Below are positions 52,155-61,789 of a stretch of 64,000 bases of DNA, piece by piece; positions within the stretch are counted from its first letter, which is position 1, and every line of letters begins with the position of its first letter. The notes beneath the pieces were generated by a model. The model was not told the DNA's origin. It made no database searches and worked only from the letters and a program-made list of their open reading frames with translations. The stretch covers positions 32,001 through 96,000 of IMG/VR virus record IMGVR_UViG_3300021400_000020, one strand, 5' to 3'. The translations under genes and the position numbers were made by a program. Source of the DNA: a virus.

Positions 52155-53114
52155 CTACTTCACTTGTAATGAAATTGAACTTCCTGTCTGAATATTACGC
52201 AAACGGTAAATGGTGTAGTTGGTCTGATTACCTGAACTATTGGTGACATCCATCGTACTCACCTCCCAGTCTGAGTTGGAGAATCCTCCTACACGAAAAT
52301 CCGGCAAGGAAGCAGGAGCTTTACTCGTAGGGATGATATAATAGATATACTTACCACCCGAACAGTTCATGCTTACTTCACCCATCGTATAACTATCTGC
52401 CCAAGCCTTCTGAAACGAGAGTATGTCGCTATTCGACAACGATGTCTTGGTACTCGTGCCATAATACTTCCTGAGCTTAAACAACACGGACACACTCTTG
52501 CTGAAGGACTTGCCCTTATACACTGCAACCAGCGTATAGGTCCTGTCACTGTTGACTGCCATATAGGTGAGCCTGCGCGTATTCGAAGGAGTTATATCAA
52601 CACCATTGATTTTCTGAGAATCGATTTCCTCAAAGGCGTAAGTCCAAGTCAATGTGATGTTCTGCGAAGAACCCAGTTCGTAAGTACCACCACCCGTAAA
52701 AGTCTTGATAGAGAACGGAAACAGGGCATCATACAACTCCTGTAATTGATCATCAACGGTGGGCTTCCACGAAACAAGCGCCTCAATCTGAGCAAGCAAA
52801 GCGGGGTCTATATCTGCAGACTCACCACCGCCGCCACTACTACCACCTCCTCCAGTGCCAATCTTTTTCTTTGCAGCAGCCCAACCAGCAGCAGCTTCAT
52901 GGGCAGCATCAACGGCGGACTGGGCATTAGCAACCGCCGCGTCAAGATATGCCACAATCATGCGAAATGGAACACTGACAAGTATCTGACGCTCTTCATC
53001 AACAGCAGGAAGCGACTTGATATGCTCAAGAGACGTCGCCTCTTCAAGGGAGTTGACATCACGCGCCTGCGTGAGAAGACGCTGAATCAGTTCCAAAAAT
53101 TCTGCATTAGTCAT
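52155..53114 (-). CDS. hypothetical virion protein (319 aa) with Gly/Ser linker
   Basis: Ala-rich helix, then GTGGGGSSGGGGES, then a beta-rich C-terminus. Confidence 0.75.
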   Translation of the reverse strand: MTNAEFLELIQRLLTQARDVNSLEEATSLEHIKSLPAVDEERQILVSVPFRMIVAYLDAAVANAQSAVDAAHEAAAGWAAAKKKIGTGGGGSSGGGGESADIDPALLAQIEALVSWKPTVDDQLQELYDALFPFSIKTFTGGGTYELGSSQNITLTWTYAFEEIDSQKINGVDITPSNTRRLTYMAVNSDRTYTLVAVYKGKSFSKSVSVLFKLRKYYGTSTKTSLSNSDILSFQKAWADSYTMGEVSMNCSGGKYIYYIIPTSKAPASLPDFRVGGFSNSDWEVSTMDVTNSSGNQTNYTIYRLRNIQTGSSISLQVK

Positions 53115-53126
53115 AATCGGTCTTTT

Positions 53127-56100
53127 TTATTGCGTGATGTTAGCCACCAAATTCAATCCTACACTTTGCGAACCGACGGCAAAAGCCGATAGGTTCTGGT
53201 CGGCGTCGCCATTTATTGTCAGGTCTATTCCTTTATAAGCGGTAACTGCATAAGCCTTGTCAGCGTCAACCATGCAAGCGTAATAGCCAAGTTCATCGGT
53301 ATCGCACTGAAATTCATCTTCTCCATTGTCAAAGGTAATCCGTGCTCCAGCAACTGCACTGTTCGACCTGTCAATCAGTCTTCCATAGACATAGATAACA
53401 GTATCACTACGAGAAGCAGAACGCTCAATCTCCCAATAGATACACTCCTTGCCGTTGAACTCTCCAAGACAGCATTGAAGAATGGCTATCTGGGACGTGC
53501 CAACAGAAGTGTAATCAATGCGACTGTATTGTGGAGAGACTGCGATAGGGTCTGTGTCTTCAACCTCATGGCTTGTATTACCAAACGAAACACCTCGACT
53601 CCTAACCTCGACCAAGAATCGGCTCTTTATATTCAACGCATACAGTAAATTGTTAGAGATATATGGGAAAAGATAGAACTTCTTTCCTATACACTGCCGT
53701 AAATCCTCACTCGTCATACCAGGAAACTCAACCAAATCCCTATCATTAAGGGCACTACACTCAATATGAACTACCCCATCAGAATCAGAATACAAGGAAG
53801 GAAGATATAACGTGTGAGAGGTGGAAGCTGTGAATTCAATGATACTGCCCCAGCGCAAAGGATTCAAAAACCAAACCTCACCTTCTGAAAGAACCTTCCT
53901 TTGTATCAAGTTGTTCAGTACGCCTGCAATCGTGCAGTTATTCATCTCGGCATTGCCTTCCTCATCTACCTTGAAATTGCCGTTGATAGTCGTATAGCCC
54001 TCAAGACGGATATTGTCAGCCTTAATCAACACACCTCCCTTGATAAAGTTGTTGCCGTATTCATCCTCGACGCGCTGACCTTTTGAATCCAGCTCATACT
54101 GAATATATGTGCTAATTTGAGAAGCAATCGTAAACTGACCATTCTTAATATAACCAGTAAACGTCGAAGCAAAGCCTTCCGTAGTCACAAAACCGCTCGT
54201 CAATGATTCTACATCAGATTCTGTTACATAATGATTCGAATTCAAATGATCACGAATAGAACTTAACAAAGAATCGGAATTGACATAGTGGTTCGAAACA
54301 TACTGGAGAATGTAGTTTTGAGTGAGAGATAGTAGAGAATTTCGCGTCATTGGAGTACCAGCAATACTATAAAGATGCAATGTGCCACCACTCACACGCA
54401 ACGTGATACCCTGCGCATAATCAAAATTCAACTCGATACTATCTTCAGCAAAACCGTCAGTTCCTATATACTCGAAGGACTGCGTAATATCTTTCCAGGA
54501 CTGAGCAGAATCGGTGGATTCCTTGGATTTGACTCGAACCTTTGCGTTTTCTGAGACAGATTCAAAAACACCTTTGAACCTAAAAGTAATGGCTTCACCA
54601 TCATATTCTTTAGCTGTTGGAAGTAAACCAAACTTCAACTCGATATATTCTGGATATACGGTCTCCTTAATACACAGGCAAGGCAAACCGCCAAAGATTT
54701 CTTCGTAGATATAACCTTCGGTCTCTTCTCCGTCGGCAGACCCATTGCCATTGTAATAATCAAAACTTCTATAGAGATTCGAGAATATCTTGTTGCCTGA
54801 CAGGGAAGAAACACGCATCTGAATAGCGTCAGCCGTTTGCCTGATTTCAGACGTGCTACTCTCCACGACTTCAAGAAGAGTGCCGACCGACGTTATCTTT
54901 TCGAGATAGAAAACCGTACCATCACAACGAATAGTGAAACTCCTACTATAGTCAAGCATGACAGGCACCACAACCTCGGTCAAGCCCTCCGTATCAGGGA
55001 ATACAAACAAAGGGTCATCCTGCAACTCGGAATAGAGCTGGGCAACACCCGAAGACTTGTGATAGGTAACACGAAGATGAATCTGCTCACCGTCAAGCTG
55101 ACTCGCACTCGGCAAGAGAGTGAAGCGGACATTGATACCAACCTGGTCGTCGTCAATCATCAAGACAGACTTGCCTTGGAAAGTGGTCTCTTGAATCAAC
55201 CAAGTGTCATGCTCAGGATAATCCGCTTCAAACGTATAACCTCCAACGAAAGGAGCAACAGGCGTAAGGAATATTTCCTTGGCAAGCTCCTTCTCAATCG
55301 TACTGCTGACCGTCGAGACGATACTATTGCTGAGCAACTCAATCGCCGCCGTATTGCTGGCAACATCGTTGCCAAGTTGTTGCAGACTCTCCACCTGAAG
55401 GGCAATCTCGTGGGCTGTCTGTGAGATGGAAGACTGGTATTCGCTGATAATATTGGTAGTATCATCGGACAAGGAACAGTCACGCAAGAAGACACCAGCA
55501 TACTCTATGCGGATGAAAAGTTGCGTAAAGCCCTGATGCGAACTGCTATTCTCGTAGGACCAACTGCTCTTGAAGCGAAGGGTGTTATACTTCGTGCTGT
55601 CTGCCACAAGAGACTGGACATAGAGAGTTCTCGTCGTACCATCATGGAACTTCTCACCAACAATAATCTTCGGAAGGACGGTTGCAGAGTTGAAGTTAGT
55701 AATGACAGTGCTACACTTATACGTCAATCTGAAGACAATAGGACGACTCGCGTGCTCAATCGGTTCAATCACATCAGGAACGACAGCCCTCGATATGCCA
55801 TCATCGCCACTTAATGCCTGAATATCGATAACGGTTCTACCACCATCTGTGGCAGCGGTAACATGACTACTCGATGTGTCCTCCTTGGAATCATCGTACT
55901 TGTGGCAATGGTAAAGCCCCTCAGAGAACAACGGGTCAAGTATATAATCGTTGGCATCCGTCGCGTTGATGTCTCGCGTACTGCTGACAGTGCTCGTAAT
56001 GCCGTCTGCTGTTTGCTCTACGGCTGACAACCTACCATTGAATCCGTTGACAGTCGAAGAAATACTATTGACAGTCTGCTTGATTTCTGAACGTGCAGAC

Positions 56101-59100
56101 TGAGCAAACGCAATGGCATTCGCACTGACACAGAAGTCGGTCAGATAAACCTGTGCAGCACTACCACTTGTCGCACCCTGGACACCAATATAAAGGTTCT
56201 CCCTTCCACATAGGAAAGTGGTACGCAAATAGACATAGGTCGTTGATTGGGAAAGTTCAAAACGCGCTATCTCAGTCGTGGTTTCAGCCGTATTGCCAAC
56301 GGCATCACCATTGCCTTTATGAAGAACAAGCAACGCACTGGCAGAAAGACATCTGACACCAATACGAATATAAGTCGGAAAATTGGTAATATCCGCACCG
56401 ACACTACTGTAGTCCATCTTCGGCTTGATACCACGCAACGAACCATTATCAGCATGGATATTGATGATATACTTGTTACCCGACGCTATCGATTGCACAT
56501 GGTTGCCTGAATCCTCTGTGTCGGACAACCACTTGGAATAGCCGTAGTCGCCACCCTCACCATACTCAAACAAAGGGTCAACAACATAGTCGTTGGCTTC
56601 CTTGGCAGATATGTTTCGGGTTTCTTCAACCGTACTGGTAATGGAATCGCTCAACTGCTGAATGGAGGAGGACTGATTTTGTAAACTACTATCAACATGA
56701 GATTTCCACCCAGAGTAAGTTTGCAAGAAAGAGGAAAAAGCTATCAAATTTCCATTAGCATCAAAAGCACTCACAATCCCTTGAATAGACTGAGCGGTTT
56801 GCTCCAACTGGGAAGAGAAACGGTTAATCAGAGCTTCATTCAAGTTCAGACTAACAACAAAACCAAAAATCCTAACGGCACGTCCGTTGGTGTAAATAGA
56901 GAAGTCACCCTGTCCGTCCCAGTTGAAAGAGGTGGCAACCTTGTTGTATTTGCCATCTGCCTTGATGCTCAGAGAGGTATCAACAGAACCCAGCACCAAC
57001 CGAACGGATGTGTCCGTGCTATTGCCAACAGGCTCCGCCATCGCATAGAACGAGACAGCAACCGTCTGAGGAATAATCTGCTGGTTCTCATCTCGCTCAA
57101 AAGTCGGCAAATTACGCATGTCAGCATTGAACTGAACAATACCGCGACTGTGCTCGTAGTCACCACAAATCTCAACGTACTTTCGACCGTTAGACTCACC
57201 CATACGGGTGTAATAAGCCGTACCACCATCACTAAGAATATTAGTGCTATCACCAATGAGATAGGCATTTCCATCGCTCTCATCGATACGGAAGAACTGA
57301 CCGCCAGCATAAATATTCCACTTGTCCCAACCATCAGCGAAAGCATTGTTGGAAATGAAGCCTTCGTCGGCTATCAAGTCCTCACGCAAGGCACTCACAG
57401 AGCTGCGGACAACACCATCCAACACCTGAAACAAAGTGCCTAAGTCCTGATACTCGTTATTGATTTTAACGATGAACTTACCCTTCAACCAGGCATTGTC
57501 GGAATAAAGTCCATAACCGTTAGGCTGCTCCAAACCGTTCCAAAAAGCATCATCGATACCATCCAAGCAACCCAAGCGACAACGAAGATTGCCACCACCT
57601 GCTTTGGAATTGCAGCCGTCCATAACGTCGATGCGAGGAACACCGTCCTCGGTAGCACTGATATAGATATAGTTCTGACGCTTCACATATTGAGTGTTAC
57701 CCATCAGCACACACTCATCATTCACCTGCGGTACAGAACCAGCATCCAGCATGGAGGTCTCGCCTGTCACGGGGTCAGTGTATTCAATCGGAGCACCAAA
57801 CTCGCTACAAGGCACAAGAATGTCATAGGCGGAAGAAAACTCAACCAAGACTTGTTGTTCCTGCTCATCTAACACGGGCTGCCACTCGTCGTCAAGGAGA
57901 TATAAAGGGCTTGGGGTTTCAGCATTGTCACTATTGGTGAAAGCGGAAGTGTCGGGATATGCCACTTCCACCCAATAGTATTGCATGGCATCCACATCTG
58001 GAAGGTCAGCGTCATCATCGTCCGTACCCATATTATACCTGCCATTATTCCAACGCTGGCAACGCATTAGGTCGTGACGCACAAAGTTATTGGTATCTTC
58101 AAATGTAATTTTGTAGTATTCTACATTGTTCGCAAGTACACGCTGCACTGCCTTGACCTTTCCTTGAGCTGCACTGACAATCAATATACCACCCACGGAA
58201 CGAATCTTCTGAATAACCAGCTCAAAGATATACATGATTCTGCGCACGGTAAGCGTGTCGAGTTCCATGTTCCAGCCAGTGTGTTCATCAAACCAAATCT
58301 TCGCACCATGACCGTTGAAACCACTCTGGAAAGATGCACCTACCTTCGTTTCTGGATCTGCACTGACCAATTCAGAAAAGACACCGTTCACAATCGTAGT
58401 GAGCTTGCGAACAAACAAATTGTCCAACTCCCCGCCCCATTCGTCATTGTTGCCCTTGACAAATCGACCTCCCACACCTTGAACACCACCTTCAAAACCA
58501 AGTTGAGAGCCAAGGAAAAGGGAACCAAGAATTTCAGCTACCGCACTTGCGTTAATGCCTAACTTCTCGGTAATCCTGACATTGGCATGGGTTTCAACAC
58601 CCGTATGACTCTCGTCGCCTGAATGGGATTCAACACCTCTATGCGTCTCTGCAGACTCATGAAACTCCTGACCCTTGAAAGTGGCAGTTCCCGTCTTGAA
58701 GACGACATTGCCGGAATGGGACTCGTCGTTCTGAAAATATACCTGACCTTCATGTACTTCCGTCCCACCATGCTCCTCCGCATCATGGAACGTAGCCAGC
58801 CCACTCACGTCAATGCCTGACTGAAAACTAATCTTTCCTGCCGCCGTGTCATTATGGACCTTACTCAAATACAAGTCATCAAGCTCTTCCAGCTTCTTCT
58901 TGATATACAATTTGATGTAGCCAGCCGTCGCTAACTGACTGTCATTCATGCCTGCATCATCCTCCAAGCCGCGAGCCATCGTCAACAAGGTAGATAACTC
59001 AACACCATCAAAAACGAACTTCTTGCCATTGCCAATCGTCAAGCCACCTAAAGCCATCAGCATACCACCAACAGACAAGGAACCGACAATCTCAAGCATC

Positions 59101-59630
59101 TTGACAGGATAATTGAAGACAAGGTTGCCTTCGACATCCAAGGAGAAATACTCGTTGCTCGCCTCTCGCTCTCCCCTATCCGTACCTAACAATCCAGAAT
59201 CATAGGAAATGACACGCTCACCCTCCGAAGGAGCAGACACCTGACCAATACGGACGTACCAGAAATCGGCATCCTCGACAGCCGATTCATCCGCCAACTC
59301 CCCTTGCTCGTTCAGGATACGACCATAGACATCGTACAGGTTGGGAGAATAAATCACCAAAGCCGTTCTGCCTACCTTCGTCAGACGGGCATAGATATAC
59401 AGCATCTTATTGGCATGGGCTGACGAGAAGGCAGTGGGATAGGCATAGAGAAGCCAACGGTCGTAACTGCCGTCTGCAGAGAAGCCAATGGGCGTTCCTG
59501 TATAAACAAGAATTTTTGTACCTTGCTGCAAGGAAACACTCACCTTCTCGGAGTCTCCCAGGGCATTCTCTGAGAAACTCAAAGCAAAAGGCGCAATGTA
59601 GTAAGTGTTGTTATTCTGAGTGCGAATCAT
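53127..59630 (-). CDS. giant tail/host-specificity-like protein (2167 aa) with repeated modules and a CarboxypepD_reg-like C-terminus
   Basis: Four or more repeats of an (S/E)xIxQTAxxI...STV motif followed by beta-rich units (for example ANDYVVDPLF and ANDYILDPLF, 642 nt apart). C-terminus YGRLIDRSNSAVAGARITFDNG...TDELGYY. Confidence 0.85.
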   Translation of the reverse strand: MIRTQNNNTYYIAPFALSFSENALGDSEKVSVSLQQGTKILVYTGTPIGFSADGSYDRWLLYAYPTAFSSAHANKMLYIYARLTKVGRTALVIYSPNLYDVYGRILNEQGELADESAVEDADFWYVRIGQVSAPSEGERVISYDSGLLGTDRGEREASNEYFSLDVEGNLVFNYPVKMLEIVGSLSVGGMLMALGGLTIGNGKKFVFDGVELSTLLTMARGLEDDAGMNDSQLATAGYIKLYIKKKLEELDDLYLSKVHNDTAAGKISFQSGIDVSGLATFHDAEEHGGTEVHEGQVYFQNDESHSGNVVFKTGTATFKGQEFHESAETHRGVESHSGDESHTGVETHANVRITEKLGINASAVAEILGSLFLGSQLGFEGGVQGVGGRFVKGNNDEWGGELDNLFVRKLTTIVNGVFSELVSADPETKVGASFQSGFNGHGAKIWFDEHTGWNMELDTLTVRRIMYIFELVIQKIRSVGGILIVSAAQGKVKAVQRVLANNVEYYKITFEDTNNFVRHDLMRCQRWNNGRYNMGTDDDDADLPDVDAMQYYWVEVAYPDTSAFTNSDNAETPSPLYLLDDEWQPVLDEQEQQVLVEFSSAYDILVPCSEFGAPIEYTDPVTGETSMLDAGSVPQVNDECVLMGNTQYVKRQNYIYISATEDGVPRIDVMDGCNSKAGGGNLRCRLGCLDGIDDAFWNGLEQPNGYGLYSDNAWLKGKFIVKINNEYQDLGTLFQVLDGVVRSSVSALREDLIADEGFISNNAFADGWDKWNIYAGGQFFRIDESDGNAYLIGDSTNILSDGGTAYYTRMGESNGRKYVEICGDYEHSRGIVQFNADMRNLPTFERDENQQIIPQTVAVSFYAMAEPVGNSTDTSVRLVLGSVDTSLSIKADGKYNKVATSFNWDGQGDFSIYTNGRAVRIFGFVVSLNLNEALINRFSSQLEQTAQSIQGIVSAFDANGNLIAFSSFLQTYSGWKSHVDSSLQNQSSSIQQLSDSITSTVEETRNISAKEANDYVVDPLFEYGEGGDYGYSKWLSDTEDSGNHVQSIASGNKYIINIHADNGSLRGIKPKMDYSSVGADITNFPTYIRIGVRCLSASALLVLHKGNGDAVGNTAETTTEIARFELSQSTTYVYLRTTFLCGRENLYIGVQGATSGSAAQVYLTDFCVSANAIAFAQSARSEIKQTVNSISSTVNGFNGRLSAVEQTADGITSTVSSTRDINATDANDYILDPLFSEGLYHCHKYDDSKEDTSSSHVTAATDGGRTVIDIQALSGDDGISRAVVPDVIEPIEHASRPIVFRLTYKCSTVITNFNSATVLPKIIVGEKFHDGTTRTLYVQSLVADSTKYNTLRFKSSWSYENSSSHQGFTQLFIRIEYAGVFLRDCSLSDDTTNIISEYQSSISQTAHEIALQVESLQQLGNDVASNTAAIELLSNSIVSTVSSTIEKELAKEIFLTPVAPFVGGYTFEADYPEHDTWLIQETTFQGKSVLMIDDDQVGINVRFTLLPSASQLDGEQIHLRVTYHKSSGVAQLYSELQDDPLFVFPDTEGLTEVVVPVMLDYSRSFTIRCDGTVFYLEKITSVGTLLEVVESSTSEIRQTADAIQMRVSSLSGNKIFSNLYRSFDYYNGNGSADGEETEGYIYEEIFGGLPCLCIKETVYPEYIELKFGLLPTAKEYDGEAITFRFKGVFESVSENAKVRVKSKESTDSAQSWKDITQSFEYIGTDGFAEDSIELNFDYAQGITLRVSGGTLHLYSIAGTPMTRNSLLSLTQNYILQYVSNHYVNSDSLLSSIRDHLNSNHYVTESDVESLTSGFVTTEGFASTFTGYIKNGQFTIASQISTYIQYELDSKGQRVEDEYGNNFIKGGVLIKADNIRLEGYTTINGNFKVDEEGNAEMNNCTIAGVLNNLIQRKVLSEGEVWFLNPLRWGSIIEFTASTSHTLYLPSLYSDSDGVVHIECSALNDRDLVEFPGMTSEDLRQCIGKKFYLFPYISNNLLYALNIKSRFLVEVRSRGVSFGNTSHEVEDTDPIAVSPQYSRIDYTSVGTSQIAILQCCLGEFNGKECIYWEIERSASRSDTVIYVYGRLIDRSNSAVAGARITFDNGEDEFQCDTDELGYYACMVDADKAYAVTAYKGIDLTINGDADQNLSAFAVGSQSVGLNLVANITQ

Positions 59631-59708
59631 AACGCGAATGGACGCTTTAAAAACATTTCAAAATTAAACAAACCACACCGACGACAAAAGGACATTATTG
59701 GTAATGAC

Positions 59709-59748
59709 AAAAAATGAGGGCACTAACCCATTGCGGATTAGCACCCTC
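59709..59748 (-). terminator. Intrinsic terminator after the 194 aa gene
   Basis: Minus-strand reading GAGGGTGCTAA tccgcaatggg TTAGTGCCCTC (2-nt internal mismatch) followed by ATTTTTTG. Confidence 0.55.
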
Positions 59749-59774
59749 GGCAGAGTGATTGGGTGGGGGAAATG

Positions 59775-60359
59775 CTACTGAGCGCTTGCGGAAGCGAGCC
59801 AATCGTCGAGCGAGCCTGTTGCTGGACCAGCCCAAGTCATGGCAGGGTACTTCATCTTGGCACAAGTACAAGTGACTGTGTGTCCGTGCTCGTCGTCTGG
59901 GTTCGCACCAGTGTCGCCCTCAAGCTGGAACTGTGCACTCGCATACTGGCTGAAAAGCACATAGCACTCGTTGCCGTTACCAGTCGGAATCAAAACACCG
60001 AAGTCGGTGGCGTTCATGGCACGTGCGAGGCGAGAGAACTTCTTCATGCCCTTGCTGACGATGAAACGACCAACGTTGGTGAAGCCGCCGCCATCTGGAG
60101 TGTTCGTCCAGGTGACCTGACCACTGTTAGGCTTGATGTCAACACCGACAAGCTTGCCTTGAAGATTGGCAAAACTACTTGCTGTATAAGCAGCATTATC
60201 AGTGTCAACCTCTGGATAGACGTACTTCTTCTCTGTCGAATCGTAGAGTTGACTCTTCTTGAAGAGATAGATGCGTTCTGCGGTTCCAGAGAAATTCTCC
60301 TCGCACTCGGCATCCTGATTCAGCACGTCGATAAAGTCACAAATATTAGATGCTGGCAT
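59775..60359 (-). CDS. abundant-looking virion protein (194 aa): head decoration or tail tube candidate
   Basis: Lies immediately downstream of the capsid gene and is followed by a terminator. No specific motif. Confidence 0.75.
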   Translation of the reverse strand: MPASNICDFIDVLNQDAECEENFSGTAERIYLFKKSQLYDSTEKKYVYPEVDTDNAAYTASSFANLQGKLVGVDIKPNSGQVTWTNTPDGGGFTNVGRFIVSKGMKKFSRLARAMNATDFGVLIPTGNGNECYVLFSQYASAQFQLEGDTGANPDDEHGHTVTCTCAKMKYPAMTWAGPATGSLDDWLASASAQ

Positions 60360-60491
60360 AATGAATATGGGTTTTAAGTGAGTTTCGAATTAATATGACT
60401 TGTAAGAATGGACTTTGGCACGACATCCGCTTTAGGGCTTAAAACAAACGCCAAAGCCAAAGCCAGTCTTCATGTTCGTAACGCCATGCGT

Positions 60492-61754
60492 TTAGGAGCG
60501 GATGTAATAAGCCTTCTGTGCGGTTACAGTCTCATCGTTCGTCAGAACGTAACCACCATTGCCGTCCGACTCATACCAACCGTTAGTCTTAGGGTTCGCA
60601 CCTGCTTCAGCAAGGGCTTCGGAACCTACAGGAGTATAAGTGTAGGTCGTCTCACCTCCACCGCCTCCGTCACCAGAGTCTCCGTCATCAGAGGAAGCGG
60701 AAATCGTAACTGCGTAGGCGCTCACGTCTTCATCCTCAAATGGAGTTGGCGTCAACGTACCTGTAGTGATGGCGAACGCACGGGAAAGCACGTCAAGCAC
60801 ACGAGTACCACAAGCCACCTGGATCTGATAACGAATCACATTCGCATCATTGTAGCTCTGAGCCAAGTCGATAAAAGCACTGTTGGCTTCACCATTGGAA
60901 GTCAGGTCTGCACCATACTCGAAGTTGTCAGGCTCTGTGAAAATGAGAACGTCACCTTCACCCATGATGTCGAGCGGTACAAACTGAACATTCTTCAAGC
61001 CGACAAAGCGGAACTCAGGGTTATAGACGGTCTCCTTCTGGAGTGACTGGTACTTGAGAAGATAGCCTTCGCAAATCAGACGATGGGTCTCTACAGTACA
61101 GTAGCAAAGCAGAAGAGGAAGACGACGAAGACGAGGGTCGAGCTGGTTGTAGGCAGTCACCACATTGTCGAAGTTGGCAATCTTGTCAGCCACAGTAGTA
61201 GCTGCTGCGATTGGCGACATGGCAATGAGGTTCTTGTTGGCAACACTGATGGTACCATCGGCGATGTCGTCAGTGATGTGCTTCAACCAACCATCGTAGG
61301 CATCCCAAGTGGTAGTCTTGGCAGTGTCACGCTTGGAAAAGAACAAAGCACAGTAGATATCTTCACCAAAAGTAGTGGCAACCTGACGAAGGTTGAACTC
61401 AATGTGCGGAGCATTCAGAGGACCACCAGAGCTGACACCTGCCATCGAAAGCGGCTCCTTCTCTCGGTAGTTCTGAACATTGTCGGGAACAAAGTTGAAC
61501 ACAGGAGCAACCTTCAGCTCGCGTGGCACAACCTTTCCAATCGTACTCGAAAGCTGCTTCTCCTGAACGTAGCTGGTGGCAGTACCACGCTTGCGCTTGA
61601 AGAGGTACTTGGTATTCGCATTCTCGATGTCGGTATGCACAACAGCGTGCATCTCTGCGAAGACGGCATGATTGACAATCGCTATGTCCTCCTTGAGGTC
61701 GCGCTCAATCTGGTTCTTCACATTCTGAACCAAAGTTAAATCGATTGCTGGCAT
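60492..61754 (-). CDS. major capsid protein candidate (420 aa, HK97-fold expected) with Gly/Asp-rich C-terminal extension
   Basis: Lies directly downstream of the protease-scaffold gene and has a fitting size. The DDGDSGDGGGGGE linker plus an extra C-terminal domain suggest a decoration-like appendage. Confidence 0.65.
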   Translation of the reverse strand: MPAIDLTLVQNVKNQIERDLKEDIAIVNHAVFAEMHAVVHTDIENANTKYLFKRKRGTATSYVQEKQLSSTIGKVVPRELKVAPVFNFVPDNVQNYREKEPLSMAGVSSGGPLNAPHIEFNLRQVATTFGEDIYCALFFSKRDTAKTTTWDAYDGWLKHITDDIADGTISVANKNLIAMSPIAAATTVADKIANFDNVVTAYNQLDPRLRRLPLLLCYCTVETHRLICEGYLLKYQSLQKETVYNPEFRFVGLKNVQFVPLDIMGEGDVLIFTEPDNFEYGADLTSNGEANSAFIDLAQSYNDANVIRYQIQVACGTRVLDVLSRAFAITTGTLTPTPFEDEDVSAYAVTISASSDDGDSGDGGGGGETTYTYTPVGSEALAEAGANPKTNGWYESDGNGGYVLTNDETVTAQKAYYIRS

Positions 61755-61789
61755 AAATTCGTTGGTTTTAAAAGGTTAATCTATTTGGG

